NCBI RefSeq assembly: GCF_026210795.1
Contig: NC_089431.1
Location: 2,914,001-2,978,000 of the forward strand
Length of the DNA: 64,000 nucleotides
Source of the DNA: Rhizophagus irregularis
Taxonomy: Eukaryota
Direction of reading: 5' to 3'
The notes below the pieces were generated by a model. That model ran no database searches. It saw nothing but the letters and a program-made list of their open reading frames with translations, and was not told the origin of the DNA. Shown one piece after another: positions 24,851 to 39,700 of this stretch. Made by a program: the position numbers and the translations under genes. Each line of letters opens with the position of its first letter. The stretch's first letter is position 1.

Positions 24851-27800
24851 TTTTTTTTTTTAAAAAACAGTACTATTATATTATTATATAATAAAATTTT
24901 AAATCTTTTTTCTTGAATTGAAAGGTAACTGTTTTTTTTTTAAAAAAAAAAAGAAGGAAAAGCGATTAAACTTACGAGTTATTAAAAATTAGTCAAAAGA
25001 ACGAAAATAATAATAATAATATATAATTAATTTTTTTACCAAAAGAGGTTCGAAGATTTTTTGATGTTGAGGTTGTAAGACCAAAACGTGTAAAATAACG
25101 AACGAATAAAATTTTTTTTTTCTTACCAAGAACTTTTTGGTAAAATGAATTAAATGAAGAAAAAAGTCAAAAAGGAAAAAAAATTAGAATAATAATATTG
25201 TAAAGAGTGTTCATGTAACCAAACACGAAAACGAAAAGTATATAAAAAAAAATAAAAAAAAATAAAAAGTTTTTATGAGAGAGAAATAATTAAATTAATT
25301 ATATATTATATAAACAGCGTGTACAAAAGAAACAAAAGAAATAAACCGTAGAAATAAGAATCATGTGACACTATAGTTGCGCGTTATTTATTTGTTGTAT
25401 GTTATTATGTTATAATAAAAGTTATTTTTAAATTTAATTAAAAATTAAAATAATCGACTACATTTAATCAATTATTACGGGTTCGTTAAAAAAATAACTA
25501 CTTACAGTAAAAAAAAAGTGTCCCTGTAATGACGTAAAATTAAATGATGTACGGAAAGTATTTTTATAGCAGGTGATCTTTCGCGTTGTGTTAGTTGATC
25601 ACTTGGTTTTAAATTTTTTTTTTCTTTCTCTCTTTGAATCCAGTTCAAAATAGAGGAAAAATGAAAAAAAAAAATTAAAAAAAAATTTTTTTTGGGAAGA
25701 AAAAGAAAAAAAAATGATTTCTTTTTAGGTTCAATTAACGAATTTAACCGATTTTATATCGTTTTGGGTTTGTGTAGCAATCATGATTAAATATCATTTG
25801 CTTTTTCTTCAAAAAAAAAAAAAATACTAATTTATTATTATCATGTGCTTAAACATAAAAAGGAACGAACAAAAAAAATCATATTTTCTGGATTATAACT
25901 TGTTGATTATTATTTTGGTTAGAAATTACACTATTTACCCCTTCTAATCAAAAAAGGAATTTCCCCTTTAACGTTACGGATATGATAACAATCCAAAAAC
26001 TCTTAGCGCTTGAGCGTAGAGAGAAAAAAAAAAAGATCTACATTATATACAAGCCGGATTTCTTTTTTAATCCTTTATTAATAAATGATTGATAACACCA
26101 TTGTTTTTTTTTTTGACAACTAACTTTTTGAATTTTTGCCATAAAGCCCTAATTCTCTAAAAATGTACAATAATCATAATGATTTACCTATCTGGGGTTT
26201 TTGATCCATAAATCATTGTTTATCAAATTATTTGTAACCTTCCAATTACCATATTTGGAGAACCAACTCACGATTTATTCGTTACTACTTGTTATGGAAA
26301 GTATAATTTACATCCTCGTGTAACTGTCACATAATTGAGTCTATTGAGAGTTAATAAGCCCATATTTGGTGTAAATTCTGTACTCATCATAAGCTGATAC
26401 ATTTTGCTTATCACCTTTTTTAAAAAAGATTAAAAAGAACAAAGAGTATTTGGAGTATTTGTAACCTCGGCGAAAACTGAAACGCAATTAATGATCATCA
26501 CGTAATACATTTCTTATTCAAACCTTTTGAAATCGATAAGAATTTGGTACGGATCAGCGTATGATTTTTCGATTTTCGGAACACACTGTTACAACTATTA
26601 AAAAAGTACTAGTAACTTAATAATTATGTTTGTCCTATAAATAAAATAAACCACAATTACATTGCTCAATATGCATTATACTATACCTTAATAAAAAATG
26701 AGTTTGTTACGGTAAATCATCATGCAAAGTAATACAATGCCAATTATCCTATCAATTGTACACTAAATTGTTGTTATTTATTAAATGCAGTTTTGTTTAA
26801 AGAGTTTATTTATTAAAAATTCTAATTTGAAATAGTAAAACAATGATGAAGGATATAAATCATTTCAACTTCAGTTCTCCCATTCATCCTTCTTTTGGGA
26901 TTTAATCTACCAGAAATATGCTAATTACTATCTTGAAACCCAGGGAATGTCACGTAGTGTTTCTTTATACAAAAATGGGTAATAATGTTAACTTATATAC
27001 CTTCTTTATCTGCTTATGACGAAAGGTTTTCTGTACAATTACGAGATCTTCCTGCAACGTTGAATTCTTTATTAACATAATATCGTGGAAGTTAGAACCA
27101 ATTATAAATGAAAACCTTAAAATATTCTTCATCAATCATATGTTTTTGCTTCGATTATTTTGCAAGAGTCTGTAATATGAACTGCATCCGCAATACCGCA
27201 ATATGAGTGTTAAATATTATTTCATGTATATAATTTTAACACAGCAATCTGATTTGCTTTCTTTTAACTTCCTTGGATGTAAGTTGGCACCATTTTTCGT
27301 TTTCGTTGTTTTTTAAAATAGTATATGTAAGTATCTTCAACAAGTTCTTCACTTCTTTTCTAGAATATATTGAATTTAACTGATTTGTTAGTAAAATTTT
27401 ATATTTAACAATTGAGATTAGGATTGTGAAGTATGACAAGACAGAATTGACAGATGCCCACAACTGAAGAAATGCGATCAGGAAATTTGTCAAATTTCCA
27501 ATTAGTCGTCATTTATGAGATTCTTTTAATAATATAAAAATAATTTAATATTAAATATTTTTCAAGGAAAGATAAACAAAATTTTAAAAAGAGAGGAAAA
27601 GGTATAATTAAATATCATTTTTAAAATTTCAAATCTGGTTCAGCTCCAACAATTATTTCGACAAATAGTTTAAATAAAGTTTACGATCTTTTGTTTTAAT
27701 ATGCGGTAATCACATGATCGATCGATCATAAATTAACTTATAAAGTTATGACCCACAAATTCCACAAATTATAATAATTCTGGCAAAAATTATACGAGTT

Positions 27801-27964
27801 AATTATGATTGTGCAACATTTGAAATTTTCATTGATAGGCGGATTCCGGATTGCACATGGTCTACAGATTAGATGAGATTAACGAAGTAATATTAAGTCT
27901 CCTTTTTAGTGAAATTCATTTAATTCATTTTATCATTTGCTGTATTTATTTAAACGGGCTCATT

Positions 27965-29868
27965 ATGTTAAAGGCGTTTGTTAGAACAACTACACCTTTT
28001 ATTAATCTCGCTAAACAAGTAAAAAAGTTTTTATTTTTTTCGTCGTATGTTCTCAAAAAGAAAAGGTATTTAACACCTTTTGAATTTTCCCCCAAAGAAT
28101 TTCGCTCGTGCGGCTAGCACAACTGTAACTCCAAATGAAGCTTCTATAGTAAGTTTATTTTACTTAGAACTACATTAGCCTTTTTGTGAATTACGTTAGC
28201 ATTTTATAAATTTTCGATCGTGTGAATGGAAAATGAATTCAATTAAATGGTAGTATGCGACTTTATATATGGATTGAAATCAAAGGGTTAAACTTTTAAA
28301 TTATAAAATCATTATTAAGATGTATGATTATTGCTAATTTAACTTAAATTAATTGATTGATTAATTAAGTTAAAAACTACCAAATATGGAGGAAAATATA
28401 CTGTAACGTTGATTCCAGGAGATGGAATTGGTCAAGAAACTGCAGCTGCTGTCAAGACAATATTTAGAGCAGCCAATGTTCCGGTTGAATGGGAACAATT
28501 GGATGTTACAGGCTATACTCAAGAAGGGGATCTTTTATTTAAGCAAAGTGTGGATAGTTTAGTTAGGAACAAAGTTGCGTTGAAGGGTATGTATATATAA
28601 TTATATTATTACGTTGAAAAAAAAAAAATGAAATGAAATGGAGATGAGATCGGTTATGTCGAAAAAAATTCAACCGGATGAAACGATCGTAAAAGTAAGA
28701 GTCTGATATTTTATCTTTAAAATTATAGGTATCCTATATACACCCATATCAAAATTAGGGCATCAGTCTTTTAATGTTGCTATGCGTAAAGATTTAGATA
28801 TTTACGCATCTTTAGTTATCATTAAAAATCTTAAAGGTTGCCCAGCACGTCATAAAAATGTGGATTTTGCAATTATACGTGAGAACACTGAGGGTGAATA
28901 TTCTGGGTTAGAACATCAGGTACGGAATAATTAATATTTGTTAATTGATTTTTTTTATATTCATATATTTTGTTTAATTAAAATATTTAAATAGTCATAT
29001 CCAGGAGTTGTAGAATCTGTCAAGATTGTAACTCGAACAAAGACAGAACGTATTGCACGTTTTGCTTTTGATTTTGCTCTTAAATTTGGACGTAAAAAGG
29101 TTACTTGTGTTCATAAGGCTAATATTATGTAAAGTAAAAATTAAAGAAATAACTTAATGAAAAAAGAATTATTATTTTTCTTATTCATGCATATTTACAT
29201 ATTGAAATTTTTTAGGAAACTTGGAGATGGGCTTTTCCTTAACACTTGTCGTGAAGTAGCCAAAGACTACAAATCTTCAGGAATTGAATTTGATGATATG
29301 ATTGTTGACAATTGTTCCATGCAATTGGTATCTAAACCTCAACAATTTGATGTGATGGTTATGCCAAATTTATATGGTAATATTGTTAGCAATGTAGGTG
29401 CAGCATTGGTTGGTGGAGCAGGTATCATTCCTGGTGCTAATATTGGTAGAGAATATGTCATATTTGAACCTGTAAGACGATGCGTTGTTTTTACTCTGCT
29501 TTGCCTTCATATCCTTCATATGTAAAAATATAACTAACTATTAGAATTAAAAATTATAGGGATGCCGTCATGTTGGAAAAGATATTCAGGGTAATAATAC
29601 TGCTAACCCAACTGCATTGATTCTTTCCGGAGTTATGATGTTGCAACATTTAGGACTTAATGATTATGCTAATAGAATTAGTAATGCTGTATATAAAACA
29701 ATTGAAAGCGGATCGGTATATAATCTATTTGTTATTTAACATATTAACATACTTAACGTATTCTTTTATTAATTTAGTTATTATTATTTTTTTTAGGCCA
29801 GAACACATGACATGGGCGGAGCATCTACAACAACCGATTTTACCCTTGCAGTAATTTCGAATTTGTAG
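27965..29868 (+). CDS. IDH1: Mitochondrial NAD-dependent isocitrate dehydrogenase subunit 1 (regulatory)
   Basis: Multi-exon. [112 protein letters not shown]. The KYGG start and EPGCRHVG motif indicate Idh1 rather than Idh2. Confidence 0.93.
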
Positions 29869-30559
29869 TAGTAATAATTGATAAGTGGATTGATTTGATT
29901 ATTTTGAATTATTCATAATAAAATATAGAAAAAGAATTATTCTATTTAAGAAATTATTAAATCTTGTTTTTCTTTAAAAAAAAATTAGTGTTATATTTTA
30001 ATTTATTATTAATGTGTACTTGAAATAATTAAATATTACTATTTGATTGAATATAATCACGTGAATTAAAATACAGTCGCTATATCAAGTTTGGTATACC
30101 GATTTTTATATGTTCATAAATAAATCGCTTTATCGTGATCGCATCGGAGTTCTGACTGTAATATGCGTACAAATTTTTATTTATTTATTTATTTATTTTA
30201 CGCGTACATTCAATTTGCAAACGGATTGTCGATTAATATGAAATTATTTTTAATATCGGTAATATCGGTAATTCGTTAATTTATCGGTGATTCATTAATC
30301 GTAAAAGTTATTCATAGTTTTGGCAGTGTTTTGGCCAATTGATTTTTAACATATTTGAACGTAAGACACTATGGAGAACAAAACAAAGCAGAAAGCTTTA
30401 CGCAAGGATACAATGTCCAAATATGTATATATATATATTCAAGGGAATTCTGATTTCCAATGAAAATTTTACCGGAAATTGAAAACTGGAATATTGGAAT
30501 ATTACGGTAGTGGAATAATTGGAATCAAGATTCTTTTTTTTTATTTAGGCTGGCATTAT

Positions 30560-31020
30560 AAAATTTGATTGAAATTAGATGACTGAAAATTAGATCTGAA
30601 AATAAAATTAGATGACTGAGAATTAGATGACTGAAAGTTTTCAGTAAATTTTTGGAACTTGGAATAATCTAAAATACTTTTTAAAATTATTAATAAACTT
30701 TGAACGAAAAATTGGATGTCTGAAAATTAGATGTCCTGAAAGTTTAATGACTGAAAGTTTGATCAGTATTCCAGTAAATTTTTGGAACTTGGAATACTTT
30801 ATAATAAACTTTGAACGAAATTGATCAGCTGGCCTCTTTCTTTAAGGTGTTTTTTCTTTTTTCTTTGGGAATATTGAATTTTTTTGTTTGAATCAAATTT
30901 TCAGTCATCAAAATCTTCAGTCATCAAATTTTCAGTCATCAAATCTTCAAATCTTCAAATCTTCAATCATCAAACTTTCAGTCATTAAATCTTCAGTCAT
31001 TAAACTTTCAAACATTGAAA
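30560..31020. repeat. Foldback-type low-complexity repeat with inverted motif arrays
   Basis: Tandem ttagatgactgaaa motifs at 30570-30760 face reverse-complement tttcagtcatcaaa motifs at 30895-31010. There is an internal direct duplication (cagtaaatttttggaacttggaata ... taataaactttgaacgaaa). Confidence 0.65.
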
Positions 31021-31699
31021 CACTGGAATACGGGAATACGGGAATATTTTTTCCAGGACGCGCTACAAGACAATGTCATCAACAATGAATTGCCTTTCTT
31101 GAATGAAATTATCAATTTTTTCTTTCTACTTGTCCAAATATGTATTAGGATTTTGTTTTAGATATTCTATACAATACTTTTTACATTTAATTGAATTTTT
31201 ACAAGTCGCACCACGTTAAAAGACGGACAATTACGTTTATGGCTTATTATGCCTTTTGTTAAATTTTACATATGAATCAACCTGATTTGAATTTATTGAA
31301 TATAATTTGTAATATTTGTAATATTGGTAAATCATTTGATATGCACTATATAATATATATGCCAACATACAGCATTCATAGAATATAAGAATTATCATGA
31401 AGTTCTGGCTATGAGAATTGAGAATTCTTGTTAAAAAAAAATCGTGATTTACATACGATATGCAATTTCATGAGAATAATCAGCAAGTACAAATAATCTT
31501 TAATATATATATATATATATATATATTTAATACTTTATGATATTCATTAATACTTTATGATATTTATTCAAATAAAGAAGGTGAATGGGATGATATTCAC
31601 GTGATAAACATAATGTAGAAAGAAAATACATCAATCCTGCTAAAACCTTCCTGATTTTAAAATGCTGCCTTAATAAGTAAATAAGTAGGACGTACTGTA

Positions 31700-32060
31700 C
31701 AGTCAACTCTCTCTCCAAGCACACGCATTATATCCCTGTAAAAAAAGTCTATCCGTTTTTTATATTCCGTCTTTTTTCCGTAAAAGGCTCATATTTCCGG
31801 AATTAATATAATAGCCTTATATCACGGAATTTATTAAATTATTTACATTTTTCCGTGAATGGATCCGGGAAAGGATCATTTTTACGGAGTTTTTACAATT
31901 TTACAGAAATAACGGATAAAAATTTTTTATAGGTATATTTTCCCCCTCTTATTCAGTCCAAAGTATATATAATCATATAAAATTTTAAATGCACACCTCT
32001 AAATGTACATTTTCATTATGGTCCCAAAGGGGGTACACAGTGCAATTAGAGAGTTGATTG
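31700..32060. mobile_element. Tc1/mariner-pogo-type MITE
   Basis: TA|CAGTCAACTCTCT ... AGAGAGTTGATTG|TA: 13-bp TIR with 1 mismatch and a TA target-site duplication. Confidence 0.7.
31735..31933. mobile_element. Second MITE nested inside the 31700-32060 element
   Basis: Left end CCTGTAAAAAAAGTCTATCCGTT resembles the reverse complement of the right end, CCTATAAAAAATTTTTATCCGTT. Both ends are flanked by TATAT. Confidence 0.55.
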
Positions 32061-35000
32061 TATTTGACTTAACGTGTCAATTAATAATAAAGACACATTG
32101 TGACATCGAGAATACATCGATACATCCGATACATCGAGAATTACATCCTCCTTAATAAATTTCAATATAATTCCAGAAAAAGGACATTGAGACATATGAC
32201 ATCTTCCACAATTATAGTTCTCCCTACAATATAATTTCAGAAAGGGTTTATTAGTTTAGACTTTTTGAATTTTGGCGTTTCAATAAGATTTCGTAAAAAG
32301 AATTTTTTTCAAAATCTTTTGAACAATCCTATGACATAGTTACAACATACATTCTTACGCCATATGATTTAACTAGTTTGGTTACATAAATTTGATATAA
32401 TCTCGTCATTTGGATGGGGTTTTTGGCGAGGTTTTTTTTCTTTTAACAAACTCTTATCGTATCATTTAATCATTGATAATATTTTATTACGATAAGAGAG
32501 AATGATGTTGAGTAAATTATTGTCTTTTGAAGAAGTATTACGCGATTTCAAATCGATAAGAAAAAAATGATTGCCAGCATTTTTTACCTAGGAGGCATAT
32601 TAATAAGCAGATTTAATTTACTAGAGTTTTATTATGTAACATATGTTTGAAATTATTTAATTTCTTTCTAATCATCATATATTAAAAAAGGTTGTTGCAA
32701 TATATATGACAATAATCAATTCAATATAATATTGTAACAATTGTAACATAACATTTGTAAAAATAAATAACAAAACTCCTCAATTCTAATTAAACACGGA
32801 TTAACAATTTTATTGAAACTTTTTCCGTGAACTTTTTGAAATATTTAGAAGCATCGGGAAATATTTTAGAATATCGGGATTGAAAAAAAAAACAGCTTTT
32901 TCCTCATTTGAGATACCTACTTTGGACAATTTTTAAAAACTGAATCATTTTGAATTACCATTTGAATTTGAAATCGAATTGTCACAATAAAATAATTCCA
33001 GTTTAATCCAGTTTATTTAAAAAATTTTGTTACCAAAACATACACAGTATGTACAAAGAAAAATTTTTTTTTTTAGTTGGGGTAATAAAACCGGAGAACA
33101 GAAAGGGGAAGAGAATTCCTTGTATCAATTTTTTTTATTATATTGTCATATAAATAGAAAGTAAATTGTTTTTTTTTTAAAAAAAAAATCAATTGCACGT
33201 GAATAATCAAAGTTGGAATTATTCAAACATTACCGTATATTTGAAATTAACCATAAAAGTTTTTAGCAATGGAACTAAAAGTAAATGCGCTTTTGAAACA
33301 TTAGAGGGATCGTTTGTTTGAATGGAGTGCATACAACCAGCCTAAAAAAATGCATTGTCTACGGATCACCATCACAAAATGAACGTTAAAAGTTAGATTG
33401 ATGTTTGAAGAATGTTGTAAATGTTATGTAACGTGAAAAAAAGAATCATTCTATACATTAACATAATCTTACATTGAACAAAAAAGTTTATTTAATGAAC
33501 AATTAAAAAAGAAAAATAAAATTAATAAAAAAAAACGGTCAAAATACTTTTAATTTTCCATGTGAATTATGTGAATTGATTAAAACTTATAATTTTCTTT
33601 TCTAACCAATTTTAACTAAAAGTAAAAAGTAATTTTTTCAAAAAGTGGCTGAAAATGAAAATTATCAAGTGAAATGATAGATAAGGATTATTTTAGTTCT
33701 AAAAAATTTTGATTCGATATGATGACGTAGAATAGATTATTCTTGAAAAAATAAGATTAATTAAACTTTATTTGGTAAATTTAAATGAACGCCACTTTTG
33801 GTTATTTTTATGTCATCATAACTGTTACACTCACTAACCTTACTAAACTGTAAATAGGTGCTTTAGGCGCAAAGAATTTTGGGCATTAAAGAATACTTTA
33901 GTTTCGGCCGCGATTTACTCTAATACTGAATCGTTTTAATGAATGAAAAAAAACGGTGAAAAATTTTTCATAAACGGAATAATGAAATATTATACAATTA
34001 AAAATAAATAAATAAATAAATACACGTCAAATGATCTTTTGAAATCATCACAATCAAAATCACCATCACACGTAAAAATCCGTCCGTTGGTTACGCCATC
34101 TTAAAATCATAAAAAAAAAGATTATTATTATTTAAACAGATTAAAGTTTTTCTCATTAATGATGACTTTTTTAGTAATAGGGGAAACTTTTTTAATTTGG
34201 TTGACAAAAAGTCAGTATCCCAAAAATCATTTTTATTATTATCATACACTTTTTAAGCAATAAACTATAAATAAATTATTATATATGTGACACATATTTT
34301 AAAGAATTTTTGTGAGGAAGAATTGTAAAAATCTTATCACAACAAATCTTTTCACAACAATACTTTTCACACGCTCGCTTGCATACGCGATGTAAATAAA
34401 CTTTTTGGTACATAGAATGACTTTTTCCCGGTTAGGTATGATAAGCCGCAGTAATTCATTCTGATTGTTTTTGTTTTGTTTTAATCGACTATGAGAATAC
34501 TATCTTCATATCTAGATTATTGTATTACAGATTTTAGGCGTACGTCTATCATATCAGTTTATCGTATCAATTTGTGTAATAATTTAATTCAAAGGGAAAT
34601 AATCAGGGAGGGAAAATTTCGTGTACATTTACGCTTTTATTTGTAAATCAAAACCTTATCTTTAAAAAAAAAAAAAATTTTTTTTTCTAAAATATGCCAA
34701 GGATTTTTCATTAAAGGGAGAAATTCAAACAATAAAAATTATTGTGATATTTTGCATATTTCAATGATTTAAATTTATGAACACGCGGATCTGCCAAGAA
34801 TAATACATTCATGTCACACAAATTTATTATTAATTATATTTTATTTTATTTTTTTTAAAAAAAACACGATCCATTTTAATATATTTTTGCGTTAGTAATT
34901 TAATTTATGATAAATTACGTGATAGATTTTCATGTGTAAAATTTTTCAGAAATTTTTGTTTCCCAAATTAAGATTACTAAATTATACATATTACATTTTT

Positions 35001-35252
35001 ATCACAAGGTCAACAAAAAAATTTCTTTATCTTAATAAAATTATTCCAATTGATCTCCAGGTTTTTGTGGGAAAAAAAATCATGGAAACAATCAATTACC
35101 ATTTAACTATTTTCTTGACATCGGGACAACGTCCCGTGGGATCCGTGCGTAATAAACATTAATAAACATTAATAAAATCACCAGTTTCAGTCTTTATGTA
35201 TTCGAGTAATACCATAAATCGTAAATTTTTCCGAAAAATAATTTAGAAAACG

Positions 35253-35370
35253 ATAGATTATTATAGATTATTATGGATTATTATAGATTATTATAGATTA
35301 TTATGGATTATTATGGATTATTATGGATTATTATAAGATTATTATAAGATTATTATAGATAATTATAAAT
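35253..35370. repeat. 10-bp tandem repeat (TTATAGATTA/TTATGGATTA)n
   Basis: About 11 consecutive units visible. Confidence 0.9.
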
Positions 35371-36465
35371 TATTCGTAATAGAGAATTCTTTTTTAAGTT
35401 AATTTTTTTGAAATGATCGGGTATTAATTAAATTGTCTTTATGAAATTTTGTGAGACATTATTATATTACATTTCGCATTTTATTCGCATTTTTTACAGA
35501 AAATGATGAAACATTAATTTAAAAATCAACCTGTCAAATTTACTAACAATGAATAATAATTCTGCAGTTTTAGTAGATTATTTTGGGTAAATTAAAATGA
35601 CCTTAATAATATTCATTTTTGAACATCCTAAAAAACATGATTGATAATATTCATTTTTGAACATCCTAAAAAACATGATTGAACATGATTCAAACCATAA
35701 ACGAAATAAAATGATTATTAGAAAGAAATTATTTTTTTTTTTATTTTATTTTATTTTTTTTTTCGAAAAATTAACATAGATTAAAATTGACTGTACATTA
35801 TAAAAGAAAAAAGAAATTATTTTTTTTCATTTATAGACTAAAAAAGTAATAAGACCCCCATAAAAGATTAATTAATATAATTATTAAAAGTTCTATTAAA
35901 GAAAATAAAAGGAAGTAATTTTTACAAAAAAGAAATTTGATTATTAGCTATAATAAGAGTACTGTATATAATTTTTTTTTTTTTTTTTTATGCTATACAA
36001 TCTAAAAAAAAAAGTTGAGGATTTCGGAAAAACCGATTATTTCTATTAAAATGATGTACTTAGTTAGGTACACAAAACTAATCCGAAAATGTGGAAGAAA
36101 AATTTTTTTCTAAAAAAAAAAAATTTTTACTTTTTTATTTTTTAATCACTAAAATCCAACATTTGGCGTTTGGAAGGAGAATTGTTTGTTGTTTTTTTTG
36201 CCGCGATACAATGACGTAGGAGGAAGCTAGGAAAGGTATGACGGTTGATTATATTGGAAACGAAGGGAATAAAATTTTTCATTCATGGCCAGAAAAAGCC
36301 GTGAAATTGTTGTATGTGTGTCCAATTTTTTTTGTTTTTTGTGCCTTTTTTTTCCCGGCCTAACATGACCATCTAATTTCCTGTCCCAAATTCGGGAGGG
36401 GAGAATGATGATATGTTGTCATATATGCCATATATTGGAAGTGATTAACATTATTATTACTTTTG

Positions 36466-36780
36466 TTACTTTTGTTGATTAGAAGCGGACCCATTAGCTT
36501 CTGCAGCTTTCATCATTTTATTCATTTCTCTTCGTAAATCACATCGAAATTGAAGTAATTCAGAATATTCTTTGAAATTAAGTCTTGCTGGTTCCATTGA
36601 AGTACGATCGTATTCATCGTTACACCAAGTTTCGTGAACTACTAGAAATCTTGAGAATTGTACGGATTTACGACTATGATTATGTTGATGACATTCGTCT
36701 TCGCTATCATCTGTAGCACCTACGCATATAGCGATGCAGGATTCTGTTGGTGATGGTGGGCATGAATCTGTATCAGACAT
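36466..36780 (-). CDS. Small protein phosphatase 1 (Glc7)-interacting protein, Bni4-C-terminal/neurabin-like
   Basis: Intronless 104 aa. RKSVQF (RVxF motif) is followed by VVHETWCNDEYDR and a predicted helix, the same arrangement as the PP1-binding segment of spinophilin/neurabin and fungal Bni4. Confidence 0.75.
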   Translation of the reverse strand: MSDTDSCPPSPTESCIAICVGATDDSEDECHQHNHSRKSVQFSRFLVVHETWCNDEYDRTSMEPARLNFKEYSELLQFRCDLRREMNKMMKAAEANGSASNQQK

Positions 36781-39700
36781 CTTTTTTTAAGTAAACTGGG
36801 TAAATTTGGTAAAACTTGAGTAAACTGGGTAAACTGGCTAATAACTAAGGAAATAACTATAACTAAGAATTTGGAAGAGTTCCTCCCTCGAGTATATTTT
36901 GATTCGAGTGTAATACAAAGATTATTTTTTTTTTACGAAAATTATACTTTGATCTTATTATTATGTATTATAATATTATGGATATTATGATCGTAAATAT
37001 GAGAGAGAAACTTTATTATTATTTTTACTGAGATAAAATCACAATTTTAATTGATGATGATAAACAAATAAACTTTTAAATGATCTTCCTTTGCTAAAAA
37101 TTAGAGAGAAATCTATTTGATCCTTTTAAAAAATTATCGCGTTTTTTTCCTCTTAATTAATTATTTCAAATACTAAAAAAAATTACCAAATGGTTTTGAT
37201 AGAAAAATTATAGAATTTTTTTTTTTTAAAAAAAAAAAATTTTTAAAAAAATTTTTTGGATGATATAGGGTAAAAATATATATATATATTATATATATTA
37301 TTATATATATATATATTTTTTTTTTAATATTATTTTTTTTTTTTGAAAGTTATATAACTAAAACAAACGTATGAAGAGAATAGAAGAGACAGAGAGGAAA
37401 AGGCCCTACCTTTATACTGTTTTTTTTACCCTTTGAAAAAAAATTTTTTTTTTAAAGTAATAATATAAATAGTGTATCACCAGTTGTTTGTGAAGCAATT
37501 TAGTACAAAATGTACATAAAATATTTTTGTGTAATATGAGATATTTTATTAAGTGATATAAGGGGGGAAAAGATAACTAAAAGGAAAGATTGCGACACAT
37601 AATAAAATAGGCTAGTACGTGAAAATAATACAAGGTTTAAAATAAACGAAAAATAAAATTTCTAAATTGAGTATAATGATGTGTTAATCGAAATTACTCC
37701 GGATATATGTCATGGGTCGGATACGTCTCCTGATTTTCCTTATATTAACACTGGACATCAGGTGATGTCGTAAGTTGATCTAATTATAAAAAATATAATG
37801 AATATATTTATTATTATATGAAACATTTTTAAATGATTCCCAATTTATAATTATCAAATTGGTAATAGAAAAAAAAAAAGGATAATTATAGCACAAAATA
37901 AAATAAAATAAAATAAAATAAAGTAAAGTAAAATAAAATAAAATAAAATAAAGTAAAATAAAATAAAAAAGTGAAATAAAAAAAGTGAAATATAATAAAA
38001 TACTTATTCCCAATTGTAAAAAAACATAGTTATACGAAGAAAAATAAACAAAAAAAATAAAAAACAGTTATGCTTTGTGATTATTATTTTATTTTTTTAT
38101 TTTTCATGCAAAAAATTTATTATTTCCCGATTTAAATGGTAGAAAATCCGTTTGAACTCTCATAGTTTTTTTTATTTGAACCTTTCAAATCTCATTTTTT
38201 TTCGGTAATCGAATAATAATCAATAATTTTTACTTACATCAAGTTTAAAAAAGCAAATATTGAAATACCGAAATCTAAACATTAATGCATGCAAAAAAAA
38301 AAAAAATTTACTTATAAAAAACGAAGAGTTGATATTTCTTTAAATAAATTTCTTTTCTAAATTTGGAATTTATAATAAACAAATAAATAAATAATCTTTC
38401 CACATAATTATTACCTGAAATTTATGCAGTGTTCAACATCAATCTTACTAAAAATACATTTTTCATTTTAGTCAACTAGTCAACACAATCACGACAGCCA
38501 TAAGCCAAAAAATCTTTGTAAATCTAAATTATCGAAGGGAATAAAATTTTCTTTTTTAAAATAAATGAACTTTTTTTAGTGTAGATTTTAGTAGATTTTA
38601 AAAAAGAAGGTCATCTTTGTGTTCATGTTTTTTTATTCTTTATTTTTTTTTTTAGAAGTCAAATTCTGTAGAATAACATTGGTTAAGTGCTTCTATAATG
38701 TGAAAAGAATGCAAATCAAAGTCAGTACTTTTTTTATTTTTAGTTCATTACATCATGATTCATGAAAATTGAAAGGGTGACAGTTAACAAAGTGGCTAAG
38801 TCATTATAAATTTACTTTGTTTGGTCACTATTCCCTTTATAATAAAAAACAGGCGAAGGATCGGGGTAAAAATATAATTAGTTTTATAGTTGATAATTTT
38901 AATTACCTAAATTTGATATGATGTGATACAACGATCAAATAATAATAGGTATAATTTTATCTTGGGGTGAAAAAAATCGACCCGATTCTTTAACAGATCG
39001 TTTTGAATTCGAATTCATGATTCAAGAGTCTTTTGGATCCTCGACAAAGACTTTATTCTGCATCAATGAATTTTTATAATTAGTTTTTTCCACTGGAATT
39101 TCGATAATTCCAAATAATACATTTTTGAAAGAACTTAAAAAAGTTACACCAAATTTTTTTAGTTATTATTATTTAAGGTTTTCTTTTTTTTGTAAATCAA
39201 AAAATAACTATTACGATAAATATACATACTTTAGTACATGAAAATATCATTAGTTTGACAATTTAAACATTTTACAATATTGTTTAAAATTTTATGGAAT
39301 TTTATGGAATTTTAAAAGATATCATGAAAATTTTGGATCACAGAGATTTTTTATAATTATCATTTTAAAATATATTAATTTTGATCAAAAAAAAATCAAA
39401 AAACAAACAAACAATTCACAATACAATCATTTTAAATTTTAAATTATTTTAGATAATCTCAAAAAAAAGTTATTATAGACGACGCTTACTGGTTCAAACT
39501 TCAAAGGTCGGACTCTCTTTAAAAGATTTTTGTTGTAAATTGTAAATTGTAAATTGTAAATCTCATTTGTTTGTATGTTTGTAAGTTGTAACATCTTCAT
39601 TTTGATCAGATGATGATGTGTTACTTTGTTGATTTACAATCTTACATGAGTCTATGACTTATTCGTCATTACCCGTTTTGGTGGGTAGTATTCAAGTTGA

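Noticed and set aside
26150..27515. Coding-like fragments on the minus strand between the RhoGAP and IDH1
   Set aside because: No consistent spliced frame or recognisable family could be built; possibly a gene relic.
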